DNA of 64,000 bases from Macrostomum lignano. Its lineage: Eukaryota. Positions 23,030 through 34,342 of this stretch are shown here, one piece after another. The notes beneath the pieces are model-generated. The model made no database searches. It was not told the DNA's origin and saw only the letters and a list, made by a program, of their open reading frames with translations. Location of the stretch: contig NIVC01000586.1 of NCBI GenBank assembly GCA_002269645.1, positions 124,001 to 188,000 on the forward strand, read 5' to 3'. The position numbers were made by a program, and so were the translations under genes. Every line of letters starts with the position of its first letter. Positions within the stretch are counted from its first letter, which is position 1.

Positions 23030-25480
23030 GAAACTGCTAAACATAAAAAAGCACAATGTCAAACATAAAAGAGGCACCATGTCAAACATTACATGGGCAC
23101 CATGTAAAACATATACGTGACTCTATGTTAAACATTAAAGAGCCACCATGTAAAACATAAAAGAGTCACCATTTCAAACATTAAAGAGCCACCACGTCGA
23201 ACATTAAAGTGACAACATGTCAAACGTAAAAGAGCCACCATGCCAAACATAAAAGAGCCACCATGTAAAATATTAAAGAGCCAATATTTCGAACATTAAA
23301 GAGCCACCATGGCAAACATTAAAGAGCCACCATGTCGAACATTAAAGAGCCACCATTTCGAACATAAAAGAGCCACCATGAAGAAAATTAAAGAATCACC
23401 ATTTCGAACATAAAAGAGCCACAATGTAGAATATTAAAGAGCCACTATGTTGAACATTAAAAAGCCACCATATCAAACATAAAAGAGCCACCATGTTGAA
23501 CATTAAAGAGCCACCATGTCAAACATTAAAGAGCCACCATGTAGAATATTAAAGAGCCACTATGTCAAACATTAAAGAGCCACTATGTCAAACGTAAAAG
23601 TGACTTTATGTCAAACATATAGGTGTTTTTATGTCAAACATTAAAGAACCACTATTTCGAACATTAAAGAGCCACCATTTCGAACATAAAAGAGGCACCA
23701 TGTCAAACATTAAAGAGGCACCATGTTAACATAAAAGAGCCACCATGTCAAACATAAGAGAGCCACCATGTCAAGCATAAAATATACGCAATTTCAAACG
23801 TAAAAGTATTGCCAGCCAATGCCAATTTTAAGTCATGCCAATTTTAAAGGAGCCACTATAAAGCTAAGGAAATTTTCGCACTAGCTACTTATTGTCTGGT
23901 GGATGCTTGCTATTTGGGGATACTTGCTATCTGGGGGGGGGTGCTTGCTATCTGGGGGGTGCTTGCTATCTGGGTGATGCTTGCTATCTGGGGGATGCTT
24001 GCTATCTGGGGGTGCTTGCTATCTGGGGGATGCTTGCTATCTGGGGGATGCTTGCTATCTGGGGGATGCTTGCTATCTGGGGGATGCTTTCTCTCTGGGT
24101 GATGCTTGCTGTCTTGGGATGATTTCTTTTTGCATTGCACTTCATTTGAGCAGTTTGTCGGTTTTCTTTGTGAAGGTTTTTTTGTATGTTGAATATTAAA
24201 CAGCCACCATGTCAAACATAAAAGAGCCACCATGTCAAACATATACGTGATTACATGTCAAACATAAAAGAGACACCATGTCAAACATAAAAGAGCCACC
24301 ATGTCAAACATTAAAGAGAGCCACCATGTCAAACATAAAAGAGTCACCATGCCAAACATAAAAGAGCCACCATGTCAAACATAAAAGAGCCACCATTTTA
24401 AACATATACGTGACTCCATGTCAAACATTAAAGCGCCATCATGTCAAACATATATGTGACTGCATGTCAAACATAGAAGAGCCACCATGTCAAACATAAA
24501 GAGCCACCATGTAAAATATAAAAGAGCTACCATGTAAAATATAAAAGGGCCATCATGTCAAACATTTATGTGACTCAATGTCAAACATTAAAGAGCCACC
24601 ATGTCGAAAATTAAAGAGCCACCATGTTAAACGTAAAAGAGCCACCATGTCAAACATTAAAGCGCCATCATGTCAAACATATATATGACTGCATGTCAAA
24701 CATAAAAGAGCCACCATGTCAAACAACTAAGCCACCATGTCAAACAAAGAAGAGCCACCATGTCAAACATAACAGAGACAACATTTCAAACGTAAAAGGG
24801 CCGCCATGGTAAACATAGAAGAGCCACTATGTCAACATTAAAGAGCCACCTTTTTAAACATAAAAGAGACACCGTTTCAAACATAAAAGAAGTGTCATGC
24901 CAAACAAAATGGAGCCACTATAAATCTAAGAAAATTGTTGCACTAGCTACTTTCTCTGGTGGATGCTTGCTATTTAAGGATGGATACTTGCTATCAAGGG
25001 GATGCTTGCTATTGGAAGGATGCTTGCTACTGGGGTAACTTGCTATTGGGAGATGCTTTTTCTTGGGGGGTGGAGGGTACTTGCTATCTAAGAGGGGGTT
25101 GCTAGATATCTATAAGGTCTCTTTGTATCCAGGTTAAAGCTTGCTATCTGGAGTTGCTTGCGGTCTGGGGGATGCTTGCTATCTGGGGGATGCTTGCTAT
25201 CTGGGGGATGCTTGCTATCTGGGGGATGCTTGCTATCAGGGGTTGCTTGCAGTCTGGGGGATGCTTACTATCTGGGGTCTGGGGGATGCTTGCTATCTGG
25301 GGGATGCTTGCTATCAAGGGGATGCTTGCTATCTGGGGGATGCTTGCTATCGAGGGGATGCTTGCTATCTGGGGGATGCTTGCAGTCTGGAGGATTTCGC
25401 TATTTGTGGATCGATGCTTGAATGCTGTCTGAGGATGCTTGCTGTCTTGGGATGTTTTGTTTTTAGAGGGAATGTCTGTT
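23030..25480. repeat. Composite tandem duplication: [23-bp ATGTCAAACATTAAAGAGCCACC array + spacer + 18-bp GGATGCTTGCTATCTGGG array] x2
   Basis: The spacer GGAGCCACTATAAA..GCACTAGCTACTT occurs near 23850 and 24910; both blocks end with GCTTGCTGTCTTGGGATG (about 24105 and 25437). Confidence 0.9.
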
Positions 25481-25742
25481 GTTTCTTATGAAGGCTTTAT
25501 TTCGCTGTCTATTTGTTATTTGTAAAGAACAAGGATTCTATCCAGATGTCCCCCATCGGGGGGGGGCGAAGATTGCTAGTAGTTATCTATACATGTTATA
25601 AACTATAAATATATCTTTAAATTTTTTCAATTTTTATAAAATATATTCCTTATTAATATTAGGCACATAAGATTTTTTGTCTAAAATTTGTTTTATATTT
25701 TCAAAAATAGACCTGCAAAGGTCAAGCTTAGGCTTAATACAT

Positions 25743-25925
25743 GAGCCTCTTCATGGCAATCGGTTCTAGAACCAGAATAAATTCAAGTTCTAGAACCAGA
25801 ACCAGTGTGAAATGAAGAGCTTCAAATGCATAACGGTTTGAGAAAATTTCTTGAACCATATTCTAGAACCAGAACCTTGTTCCGGAACTGATTCTGTTTT
25901 TCAAACCATCAATATGAATAGGCTC
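25743..25925. mobile_element. 183-bp MITE, PIF/Harbinger-like
   Basis: TIRs GAGCCTCTTCAT and (reverse complement) GAGCCTATTCAT; 3-bp TSD CAT/CAT; internal GTTCTAGAAC palindromes. Confidence 0.6.
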
Positions 25926-26484
25926 CATATATGAGGATACTACAAAAATATTTTCACAATTTTTCACTTGAACCAGTGTCTTTAATTTATTTTTTCTTTG
26001 TAATCAATATGATTTAGCATACCATAGGTATTAAAAGATAGCATTTAATGATATATATTAAATTAAGGTAAAGTAACAGATATCTTACAAGATAAAAAAT
26101 GTAATATGACAAAATGACTAAAAGCTTAATTATATTATACATTTTCTCTATTTAAATGATTAATATCCATAATTCACACTTTAGACACAAGCTTTAGACA
26201 CAAACAAAATTTAGTGACTGTTATTTCTACTTGTGGTTATATTCTAAGCTTCTGAGAACTGAAAATTAAAAAAAGCCATTGGAGTCCTTGATAGCATATG
26301 TAGGACTTTGGAGGGGACATTATGGGGAATGCATTACCCATGGATATGAATAGGCTATGGGAAAAATTAGATATAAAATATCTATAGGTATCAATGTAGG
26401 AAAATTTTTTTAACTACAGTGGAGAGTAATAAAGAAAGCCATATATTATATAGATGATTAAATGATTTATGGCCAAAAAGTGTA

Positions 26485-27290
26485 GGGTCGCCATCATAAG
26501 TTCGAAAAATTACATCGTCGAAACAGGGCTCCATCACAAGCTCGAAAAGTCATAAGCTCAAAAAATCATATCGTCAAAAAGTTTAGCAACCACCATCACT
26601 AGCTCGAAAAGTCATAAGCTTGAAAAATCACATCGTCAAAAACTGATTTAGCAGCCACCATCACAAGCTCAAAAAGTCATAAGCTTGAAAAATCATATCG
26701 TCGAAAAGTTTAGCAACCACCATCACAAGCTCGAAAAATCACATCGTCGAAACAGGGCTCCATCACAAGCTCGACAAGTCATAAGCTCAAAAAATCACAT
26801 CGTCGAAAAGTTTAGCAAACATCATCACAAGCTCGAAAAGGCACAGCTCTAACCCTAACCCCAAGGCACTAACCCTAAGGCACCAGTACCCCAGCCTAAC
26901 CCTGAACCATAACTTAAAGGCACTAGTTCACCACAACCCTAACCCTAAACCCTAACCCTAAGGCACAAGTTCGAACCCCAACCCTAAACTTAACCCTAAG
27001 CCCTAATCCTAAGGCACAAGCTCTAACCCTAACCCTATTCAAGCTTGTGATGGTGGTTGCTGACCTTTTCGACGATGTGACTTTTCGAGCTTGTGAATTT
27101 TCGAGCTTATGATGGTGGTTGCTAGACTTTTCGACGATATGATTTTTCGAGCTTATGACTTTTCGAGCTTGTGATGTCGGCTGCTAAATCAGTTTTCGAC
27201 GATGTGATTTTTCGAGCTTGTCATCGAGCTTGTGATGGTGGTTGCTAAACTTTTCGACGATATGATTTTTCGAGCTTGTAATGGGCCCCC
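26485..27290. mobile_element. Foldback-type element: inverted repetitive arms around a degenerate (TAACCC)n core (about 26846-27040)
   Basis: The left arm CATCACAAGCTCGAAAA.TCACATCGTCGAAAA repeats are the reverse complement of the right arm TTTTCGACGATGTGA.TTTTCGAGCTTGTGATG. Confidence 0.75.
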
Positions 27291-27386
27291 TTTTAAACTA
27301 GTGTGTATAGGCAATTATGGATTTCTGTAATATAGAAATCTGCTGTATACAAACTCAGTAGCTTATAAGCCCCCCCCCACAAACAG

Positions 27387-29138
27387 GCATGAGTACAGCG
27401 CCCTATGGAAGTGTGCTCAAGTGGCTGGTGCCTATGTGCTCACCCAGCTGTGCAAAATGCTGCTGCTGGCCACATTCTTTCCACAATGGACTGGCGGCCT
27501 CGCTGACTTCCTTCGCTCCACCTGTGACTTGTTCGACCTGGTCGGCCTGTTCCTAGTGTTCCAGCGCGTGTCCGGCAAGGGCAGCATCAAGATTCTCACC
27601 GTTGGCGCCGGCTGGGCGGCCGCACACTTCCTGCTCACCAAGGTGGTGCCGCTGTGGGTGGGGGCCAGCGGCCAGCAGTTCAGCTGGGCATTCGTCCGCC
27701 TGAGCTTTGAGTCCAATCTGGAGCTGGCGCAGCACCTGTGCCTGGCGCTGCTACTGTGGCTTTACTGTCGGTTCGATCTGAGCAAAGCCCACCTGCCTGC
27801 TGTCACTGCCGGCATCCTGCTAATCAACTACCGGCCGTTTCTGTTCCTGTGAGTGCGACAGTGCCAGCTTGGTCATACAGTTTGATCATACAGCTTGGTC
27901 ATACAGCTTGGTCATACTCATACAACTTGGTCACACAGCTTGGTCATACTCACATAGCTTAGTCATATCCATACATCTTGGTCATCCTCACATAGCTTGG
28001 TCATACTCACACAGCTTGGTCATACTCACACAGCTTGGTCATACTCACACAGTTCGGTCATACAGCTTGGTCATACTCATACAGCTTGGTCATACTCACA
28101 CAGCTTAGTCATACTTACACAGCTTGGTCATACTCACACAGCTTAGTCATATCCATACATCTTGGTCATCCTCACATAGCTTGGTCATACTCACACAGCT
28201 TGGTCATACTTACACAGCTTGGTCATACTCACACAGCTTAGTCATATCCATACATCTTGGTCATACTCACACAGCTTGGTCATACTTACACAGCTTAGTC
28301 ATACCCATACATCTTGGTCATACTCACACAGCTTGGTCATACTCACACAGTTCGGTCATACAGCTTGGTCATACTCACACAGCTTGGTCATACTCACACA
28401 GCTTGGTCATACTTACACAGCTTGGTCATACTCACACAGCTTAGTCATACCCATACATCTTGGTCATACTCACACAGCTTGGTCATACTCACACAATTCG
28501 GTCATACAGCTTGGTCATACTCACACAGCTTGGTCATACTCACACAGTTCGGTCATACAGCTTGGTCATACTTACACAGCTTGGTCATACTTACACAGCT
28601 TGGTCATACTTACACAGCTTGGTCATACTCACACAGCTTGGTCATACTTACACAGCTTGGTCATACTTACACAGCTTGGTCATACTTACACAGCTTGGTC
28701 ATACTCACACAGCTTGATCATACTCATACATCTTGGTCATCCTCACATAGCTTGGTCATACTCACACAGCTTGGTCATACTTACACAGCTTGGTCATACT
28801 CACACAGCTTAGTCATACCCATACATCTTGGTCATACTCATACAGCTTGGTCATACTCACACAGCTTGGTCATACTCACACAGCTTGGTCATACTCACAC
28901 AGCTTGCTCATACTCACACAGCCTGGTCATACTCATACAGCTTCGCAATGCTCATCATTAATCACCCCCACCCAACCGCAGGTCTCTGGGCCATCTGCTC
29001 CCGCCGGGCTGGCAGTTGGCAGCGCACACGGGCCTGACAGCTCTGGTCGGCCTGGTGTCCCTGGCCGTGTACCACCTGTGGAGTAACGAGGTGCACGGGC
29101 CGCAGGCCAACGGCAAAGCCGCCCATCATCTGCACTGA
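27387..29138 (+). CDS. TMEM147: TMEM147 (ER membrane, BOS complex), 5'-partial; exons 27387-27848 and 28982-29138
   Basis: EYSALWKCAQVAGAYVLTQLCKMLLLATFFP..DLVGL..GKGSIKI..GWA..PLWVGA matches recalled TMEM147 ([31 protein letters not shown]). Splice phases are consistent. The first coding exon was not found. Confidence 0.9.
27868..28945. repeat. Same 19-bp satellite family in opposite orientation (ACACAGCTTGGTCATACTC)n filling the TMEM147 intron
   Basis: Reverse complement of the 6.6-8.2-kb unit; more diverged. Confidence 0.95.
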
Positions 29139-30777
29139 GTCTAAATGCTGTTTCTGTGTCGCGGTGTTCATTTAACTGAGCAAAATTAACCAAAAACTAA
29201 ATACTAGTTAGCTGACCACAATTTTATAACTTGTAGTAACCGTCATAACTGTCGTTAATTTGTTTAAATAGTCGAAACCCAAAAATATATACATTGTGCG
29301 CATTGCAATTTTAATGTTAATCATTTAAGCACGCTGTTGTTTGCAGCATTGCGTGTTTGTTTCCGGAAGTAACATTTGTCAAAATGGTTTCAGAGTTTTA
29401 GTGAATTTCTGTAAACTTCACGGCAATTTCATCTCTAACATTCGGACTCAAATGTTGCACCGTGTCATGGAGTTACCTAGCTGCATGTTAATTTTTTATG
29501 TTGGTGAGTCACTGACTGCCTTGGATGAGTGACTGACTGGCTTGAGTGAATGGTTCACGATCGTCACTCCGTGGACCGTGATATCACTCTTACCGATTGT
29601 CACTCGCGGGCACTCATTTTAGCGCCGCGGGCACTCATTTTAGTGACTTGAATATCACTCATTCCCCACACCGGCCCACAGCTGAAAATCCTACCAAAAG
29701 TCATGAGCAAATGCCATCTGCATGTACGGTTCACTCAAAAGAAAATCCGGAATATTATTCTTATATTTTAGTTGCGTTGTGTCCAACATTTAAAAGCTGT
29801 AACCGCCGAGTCACGCTCATCTTTTCGTCATGTTTTCGTCATATTTATTCGTCACACCCATCAGTGCCTCAGACTCGTTAATCTTCATCAGTCACAGAAC
29901 GAGCATTTCAAACTCCTTCAAAGAGTAATGCGAGCCGTACGGGAACCTCCAGATGATGCCCTGACAGAAGGGGATCTCTACAGCTCCAGGGAATTGCCGG
30001 AACACTCCGTTCGGATAGGTATGCGAGCAGTTCGAATACCACCAGGCTCCATGGAACTGGGCCGCGCAGTTGTGGACATAGACGTTCCGATCCGCGTCCC
30101 TCGCGCTGAACCTGAGCCCGGAATTCCGGGTCAGCGAGTCGCCGATTCCAGCGCTGCCAGAGAAGCCGGACACGCTCAGCCGGTAGTGGTCGGACTCGGA
30201 CCGACCGAGAAGCTGGAGTACTCAGCCCAGCTCACCGAGTCGTTCCAAGTTTTCATCAGGATCCTCAGCTTCCGGTTTACAGGAAAAGTGAGTTCATTCA
30301 GTGCGTTGAGGCCTAAAGGTTTTAAAAGTATTGCATCAGCTTGAAATTCAGTTTGTCATGGAAATTCTGTACAAAGTTACGGATTCAAACAATATGAGCC
30401 GTTTACCAAAAATGCGGTTTTGTCATTCTCGCGTCCGACGCATCGTGACAAACTTTAAAACTATCCTCGTTACTTTTAGTAGTGTATACGATGCATTTAC
30501 AGCTTTTTAATATGAGCCATTATGAGTAGTGCGTGAGTAGAGAATTAATATTCGATTGTTTGTGAAGTTTGTGAAGATTGTTTGCCTACTCAACAGTCTG
30601 CACAAGTAAGAGCTGCTATATACGATCTGGACTATGAAAACTGAATTTTAGCTCGTAATTTCATAATACATGTAACTCAATGAAAGTGATGAGAGAGCGA
30701 ACTCGACAGGAGCTCAAGTTTCTTATCCTCTTTGACGTGACATCCACCGGCTTCCGAGAGAGGGGGTAGGGGCGCTA

Positions 30778-31220
30778 ACCATGACACAGGGGCGCAATTA
30801 ACCATGAAACAGGGGCGCCAACCATAAGACAGGGGCGCAAACCATGAAACAGGGGCGCCAACCATGAAACAGGAGCGCCAACCATGAGACAGGGGCGCCA
30901 ACCATGAAACAGGAGCGCCAACCATGAGACAGGGGCGCAAACCATGAGACAGGGGCGCAAACCATGAGACAGGGGCGCTAAAAATGAGACAGGGGCGCTA
31001 AAAATGAGACAGGGGCGCTAAAAATGAGACAGGGGCGCAAACCATGAGACAGGGGCGCCAAAAATGAGACAGGGGCGCCAACAATGAGACAGGGGCGCAA
31101 ACCATGAGACAGGGGCGACAATCATGAGACAGGGGCGCAAACCATGAGACAGGGGCGACAATTATGAGACAGGGGCGCAAACCATGAGACAGGGGTGCCC
31201 ACCAAGAAACAGGGGCGCCC
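30778..31220. repeat. 20-bp minisatellite ACCATGAGACAGGGGCGCAA in the FReD intron
   Basis: Direct reading, about 22 copies. Confidence 0.95.
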
Positions 31221-31609
31221 ACTCTTCTTTCAGCCTTGGAAATTCAGCAGCTGCATGTTAATTTGCAGCTTAAATTTTCAAAAAATGTTCAGCTGAGACG
31301 GGAAACAAGTAAAATTGCTTTCTGCAAGGATTTCTGTAGAAGAAAAAAATTCATAATGAAAAGAACTGCAAGTAGCTGTGATCTTCTTACAATTTGGCAC
31401 TTTGCTCAAAGCTGATGATTCATATCTCACCAGTGCATTTTAAAGCGAAATCTGCCCAAAAATGAACATCACTCACCGATCCAGTAGTTTCCGTCGGGTC
31501 CCTCGCCGAACTCGCTCTGGTACTGAGTCCAGTTGCGGTCAAAGTCCACTGAACCGGACACCCTGTGCTGCACGGTGGTCCAGCAGTCACTGCTGGCTGT
31601 CTAGAAGGT

Positions 31610-31960
31610 TAAGCGTGAGCAGGTGACTAAATGCGTTGGAATGAGTACTTCGTGGGAATATGATCGCACTGCAGTTGAAAAAATAATTGATTACACCTGC
31701 TCTAATGGCCAGGTGTGCAACCGACAATTCGGCCGCAGCTATTGCTGCGTACGGCTGTTCAGTCCAAGGACTGGGGGGTCGCCCGCACACCCTCAATTAA
31801 CCCCAGCTAATGCTGGGCACCCATTTTACAGCTGGGTTAACTGAAGCAATGCAGAGTTAAGTGTCTTGCTCAAGGGCACAAATTATTCCAAGGGAGTTGA
31901 GAATCGAACCCCCGACCTTCCAGTCGTGAGTCCGAAGCTCTAACTACTACCCCTCCTCAT
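31610..31960 (-). mobile_element. tRNA-derived CORE-SINE filling FReD intron 1
   Basis: Minus strand: tRNA head with B box GGTTCGATTCT, then GTGCCCTTGAGCAAGACACTTAACTCTGCATTGCTTCAGTTAACCCAGCTGTAAAATGGG, closely resembling the MIR/CORE domain (GTGACCTTGGGCAAGTTACTTAACCTCTCTGTGCCTCAGTTTCCTCATCTGTAAAATGGG, recalled). Confidence 0.75.
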
Positions 31961-34342
31961 CCTAAAGAGAGCCCAAGGACAGCCCTTCGCATTCTTTCAT
32001 CTGTTCGAATTGCCAGACTGACTCAAGACTCACCCACACTGGCTGAGCTCCCTTGTTCGCATTGCGGCACTTCCTGCAGTGGCTCAGGCCCAGACGGCAC
32101 CTGAAGTGAGCGCACAGGCCGGAGCTGGCGCTGAACGCCACCAGCTGCACAGCGGAGTCGCTGCTGGCAGCGGCCAAGCAGTCTGCCAGAGACTCCATGT
32201 TGATCAGACGGGCAGCTTCGTAGTCAGAGAGGCTCTCACTGCTGGGCCACCAGTTTCTTTCTCTAGCTGCAGCTTCTGATGCAGCGGCAAGATGCTGCAC
32301 TGCAGCGAGCATCAGCAGGGAGCCCGATAGGGCGGCTGTTTTTGCCATCTGCTCGTGCGCACACACTTCTTTGGTTTGCAGTCAGCTATTAGCTTTGGCT
32401 CAACTGTTCAAATGGTGAATTCTGTATAAAGAAGAGAAAAGGTTGATCCAAATGTCTTTTCCTTAATTAATAACCTTTAAAAGTGCTTAATTCAATCAAT
32501 GCATGCAAATAAGAATTTTATGGCAGTAGACAGTGGCCCAAGACCCCGGCCTAATGGGCAGGCAAAATGCTGGCGCCCACATCCTGGAAGTTTCTTTCAC
32601 CTTTCTGATGCTGCCGAAGTGAGGATTACGAGTGGCAGAGCTCCAAGAAAGAAAGTTAGCTGAAGCAGTCAAGCAAAGCTTTGTAATATAGCAGCTTTCA
32701 AGTGCTTTCATGGTTGCTATAGAGTACAGCTTGATTGATGTTTGCTAACAGAAGCGAGCCTAAAAGCCATTTGGGCAAAGCACTGCGCATGCATGGAGAT
32801 ACTTGGATAGAGCTCCGACAGAGGGCAATTGTGTCATGGGAAGCAGCGTTGCTTTTGTGTCGCAAGCTTCAGCAAATAAAGAAGCAGTACGCCTATATAA
32901 TAAGTAGCTATCAATCGGAGCATGCAGCAGACGTTAGTTACTGAGGCCGGGAACTCAAACAGCTGTTCGAGTGTCAAAAAACGTAACTTACTTCAACTGC
33001 TGGCAGCTTCTAAATAGGCTGTTTACCTGCTTGGAAGAGTAGCTATGCTCGTGTCGCTGTGCTGAGAAACACCTCAAACACGTCTTGATTCCCACAGATG
33101 AAAGCCTATTGTAGCTTACATGTACAGTGCATGCATGTATAGATTAGCCGACTGCTTTAATTAAAGCAAACTACATGTAATTGCCGATTGCAACAATTGC
33201 GCTCTTGTGTGGCTGCATTCTTTGCTCCATTTTGACAAATACACTGTACTGCACGCTCGCAACACACTGCTTCTTTTACATATATCTCGGACGTAGGAAA
33301 TTTTTTGCCTGCATTCACGTACATATTCAATTAAATTATACGAGTAATTAATCAATTGGACCAGAAAAGTTGTAAAAATATGCTATCCCTGGATCCGCCA
33401 TGGCTACGGAGTCCCTTGCATCTATCCCACTGATGGACTGCTCTTGGTGGGACATTTATGAATTGATCGAAGCGGTAAAAATGGCCCGAAATGATCGTTT
33501 TAAATTAAATTATGAAGATTATTTTAGTACCGCTAGAAATCCCGCTAAAATCTGAAATCAATCTCCAGTAAATGATATTCTGGATCCCCCATACGTACAG
33601 TGTAGGCCCAAGGTGATAAGACGAAACGTAAGATTGACTGTGCAACTGCGACAGGCATTTATTCACTAGGCAGTCGAGAGTCTCGTCGGGACTAATTAAT
33701 TTAAGCTGGGCTCCAGAGGACTAGCGGAGACGCGGAAGAGAGGCTGCAAGTTGGCACATTAGCTACTAGAAAATTCTCAATCAGCATTACGATAAAGCTT
33801 AGCTACTGGGAATCGCTAGCCATACTATATAAAAATCTGAGAAAGAAATTGAAATTAAAAAATAAAAATTTGAATTGCTGAAAAAATCAAAAAATTATCA
33901 TCATAGTGATACATTTTTGTTAAACATACTTTTGTACTTTGGCCAGAGTAGTATGACGAGTATACTTTTAAAAAGAGCTTGTCGAATGCACATCGAAAGC
34001 TTTGATGCCGCGTAGTGATTCCCGTGATTCCCTGATTTGTGAATTCATATTAATTTACACTCTACTCTGCTAATCCTTTTTAGGCTATCAAAGAGTCAAT
34101 AATTGGTTCATGTACTAACCTTTTTTGGTCAGTTGTACTTGTATTGTGTGATTGATTAATGATTTGACAGTTAGCAAACTATAGGCTAATAAGTCTAGTG
34201 GCTTCGTATTTTAAATATGGAGTTTTAGAAATCCTCGTGGGCCTTTTGACTTACTTGACTTAGCTGCAGGGCTGTCCCGGAGGGGACACAGCGGGAAGGC
34301 GCGGGCGCCCATTCCGCTAGTCCCTGAACGGCCGACGCGTCG

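Larger units (their letters stand above)
29892..32348 (-). pseudogene. Secreted fibrinogen C-terminal-domain (FReD) protein with a Cys-containing N-terminal module; exons 32348-32034, 31600-31477, 30312-29892; 1-nt frameshift near 30197
   Basis: Signal MAKTAALSGSLLMLAAVQHLAAA; [38 protein letters not shown]; GDSL..NSGLRFSARDADR..NCA..FHGAWWYSNC..PNG. GGTCCGAGTCCGAC needs one more G to read GPESDHYRL. May be an assembly error. Confidence 0.8.

Noticed and set aside
25741-25770. ATGAGCCTCTTC (MSLF) as TMEM147 exon 1
   Set aside because: The sequence is the TIR of the 183-bp MITE, and the frame does not continue as FHFGNC.
26846-27040. True telomere or chromosome-fusion scar
   Set aside because: The repeats are short, degenerate, single-orientation and enclosed by the arms of a foldback element.
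33601-33830. Possible solo LTR (TGTAGG.., reverse AATAAA) or hammerhead ribozyme (TGATAAGACGAAAC)
   Set aside because: No matching CA terminus or TSD, and no CUGAUGA core with closing stems.
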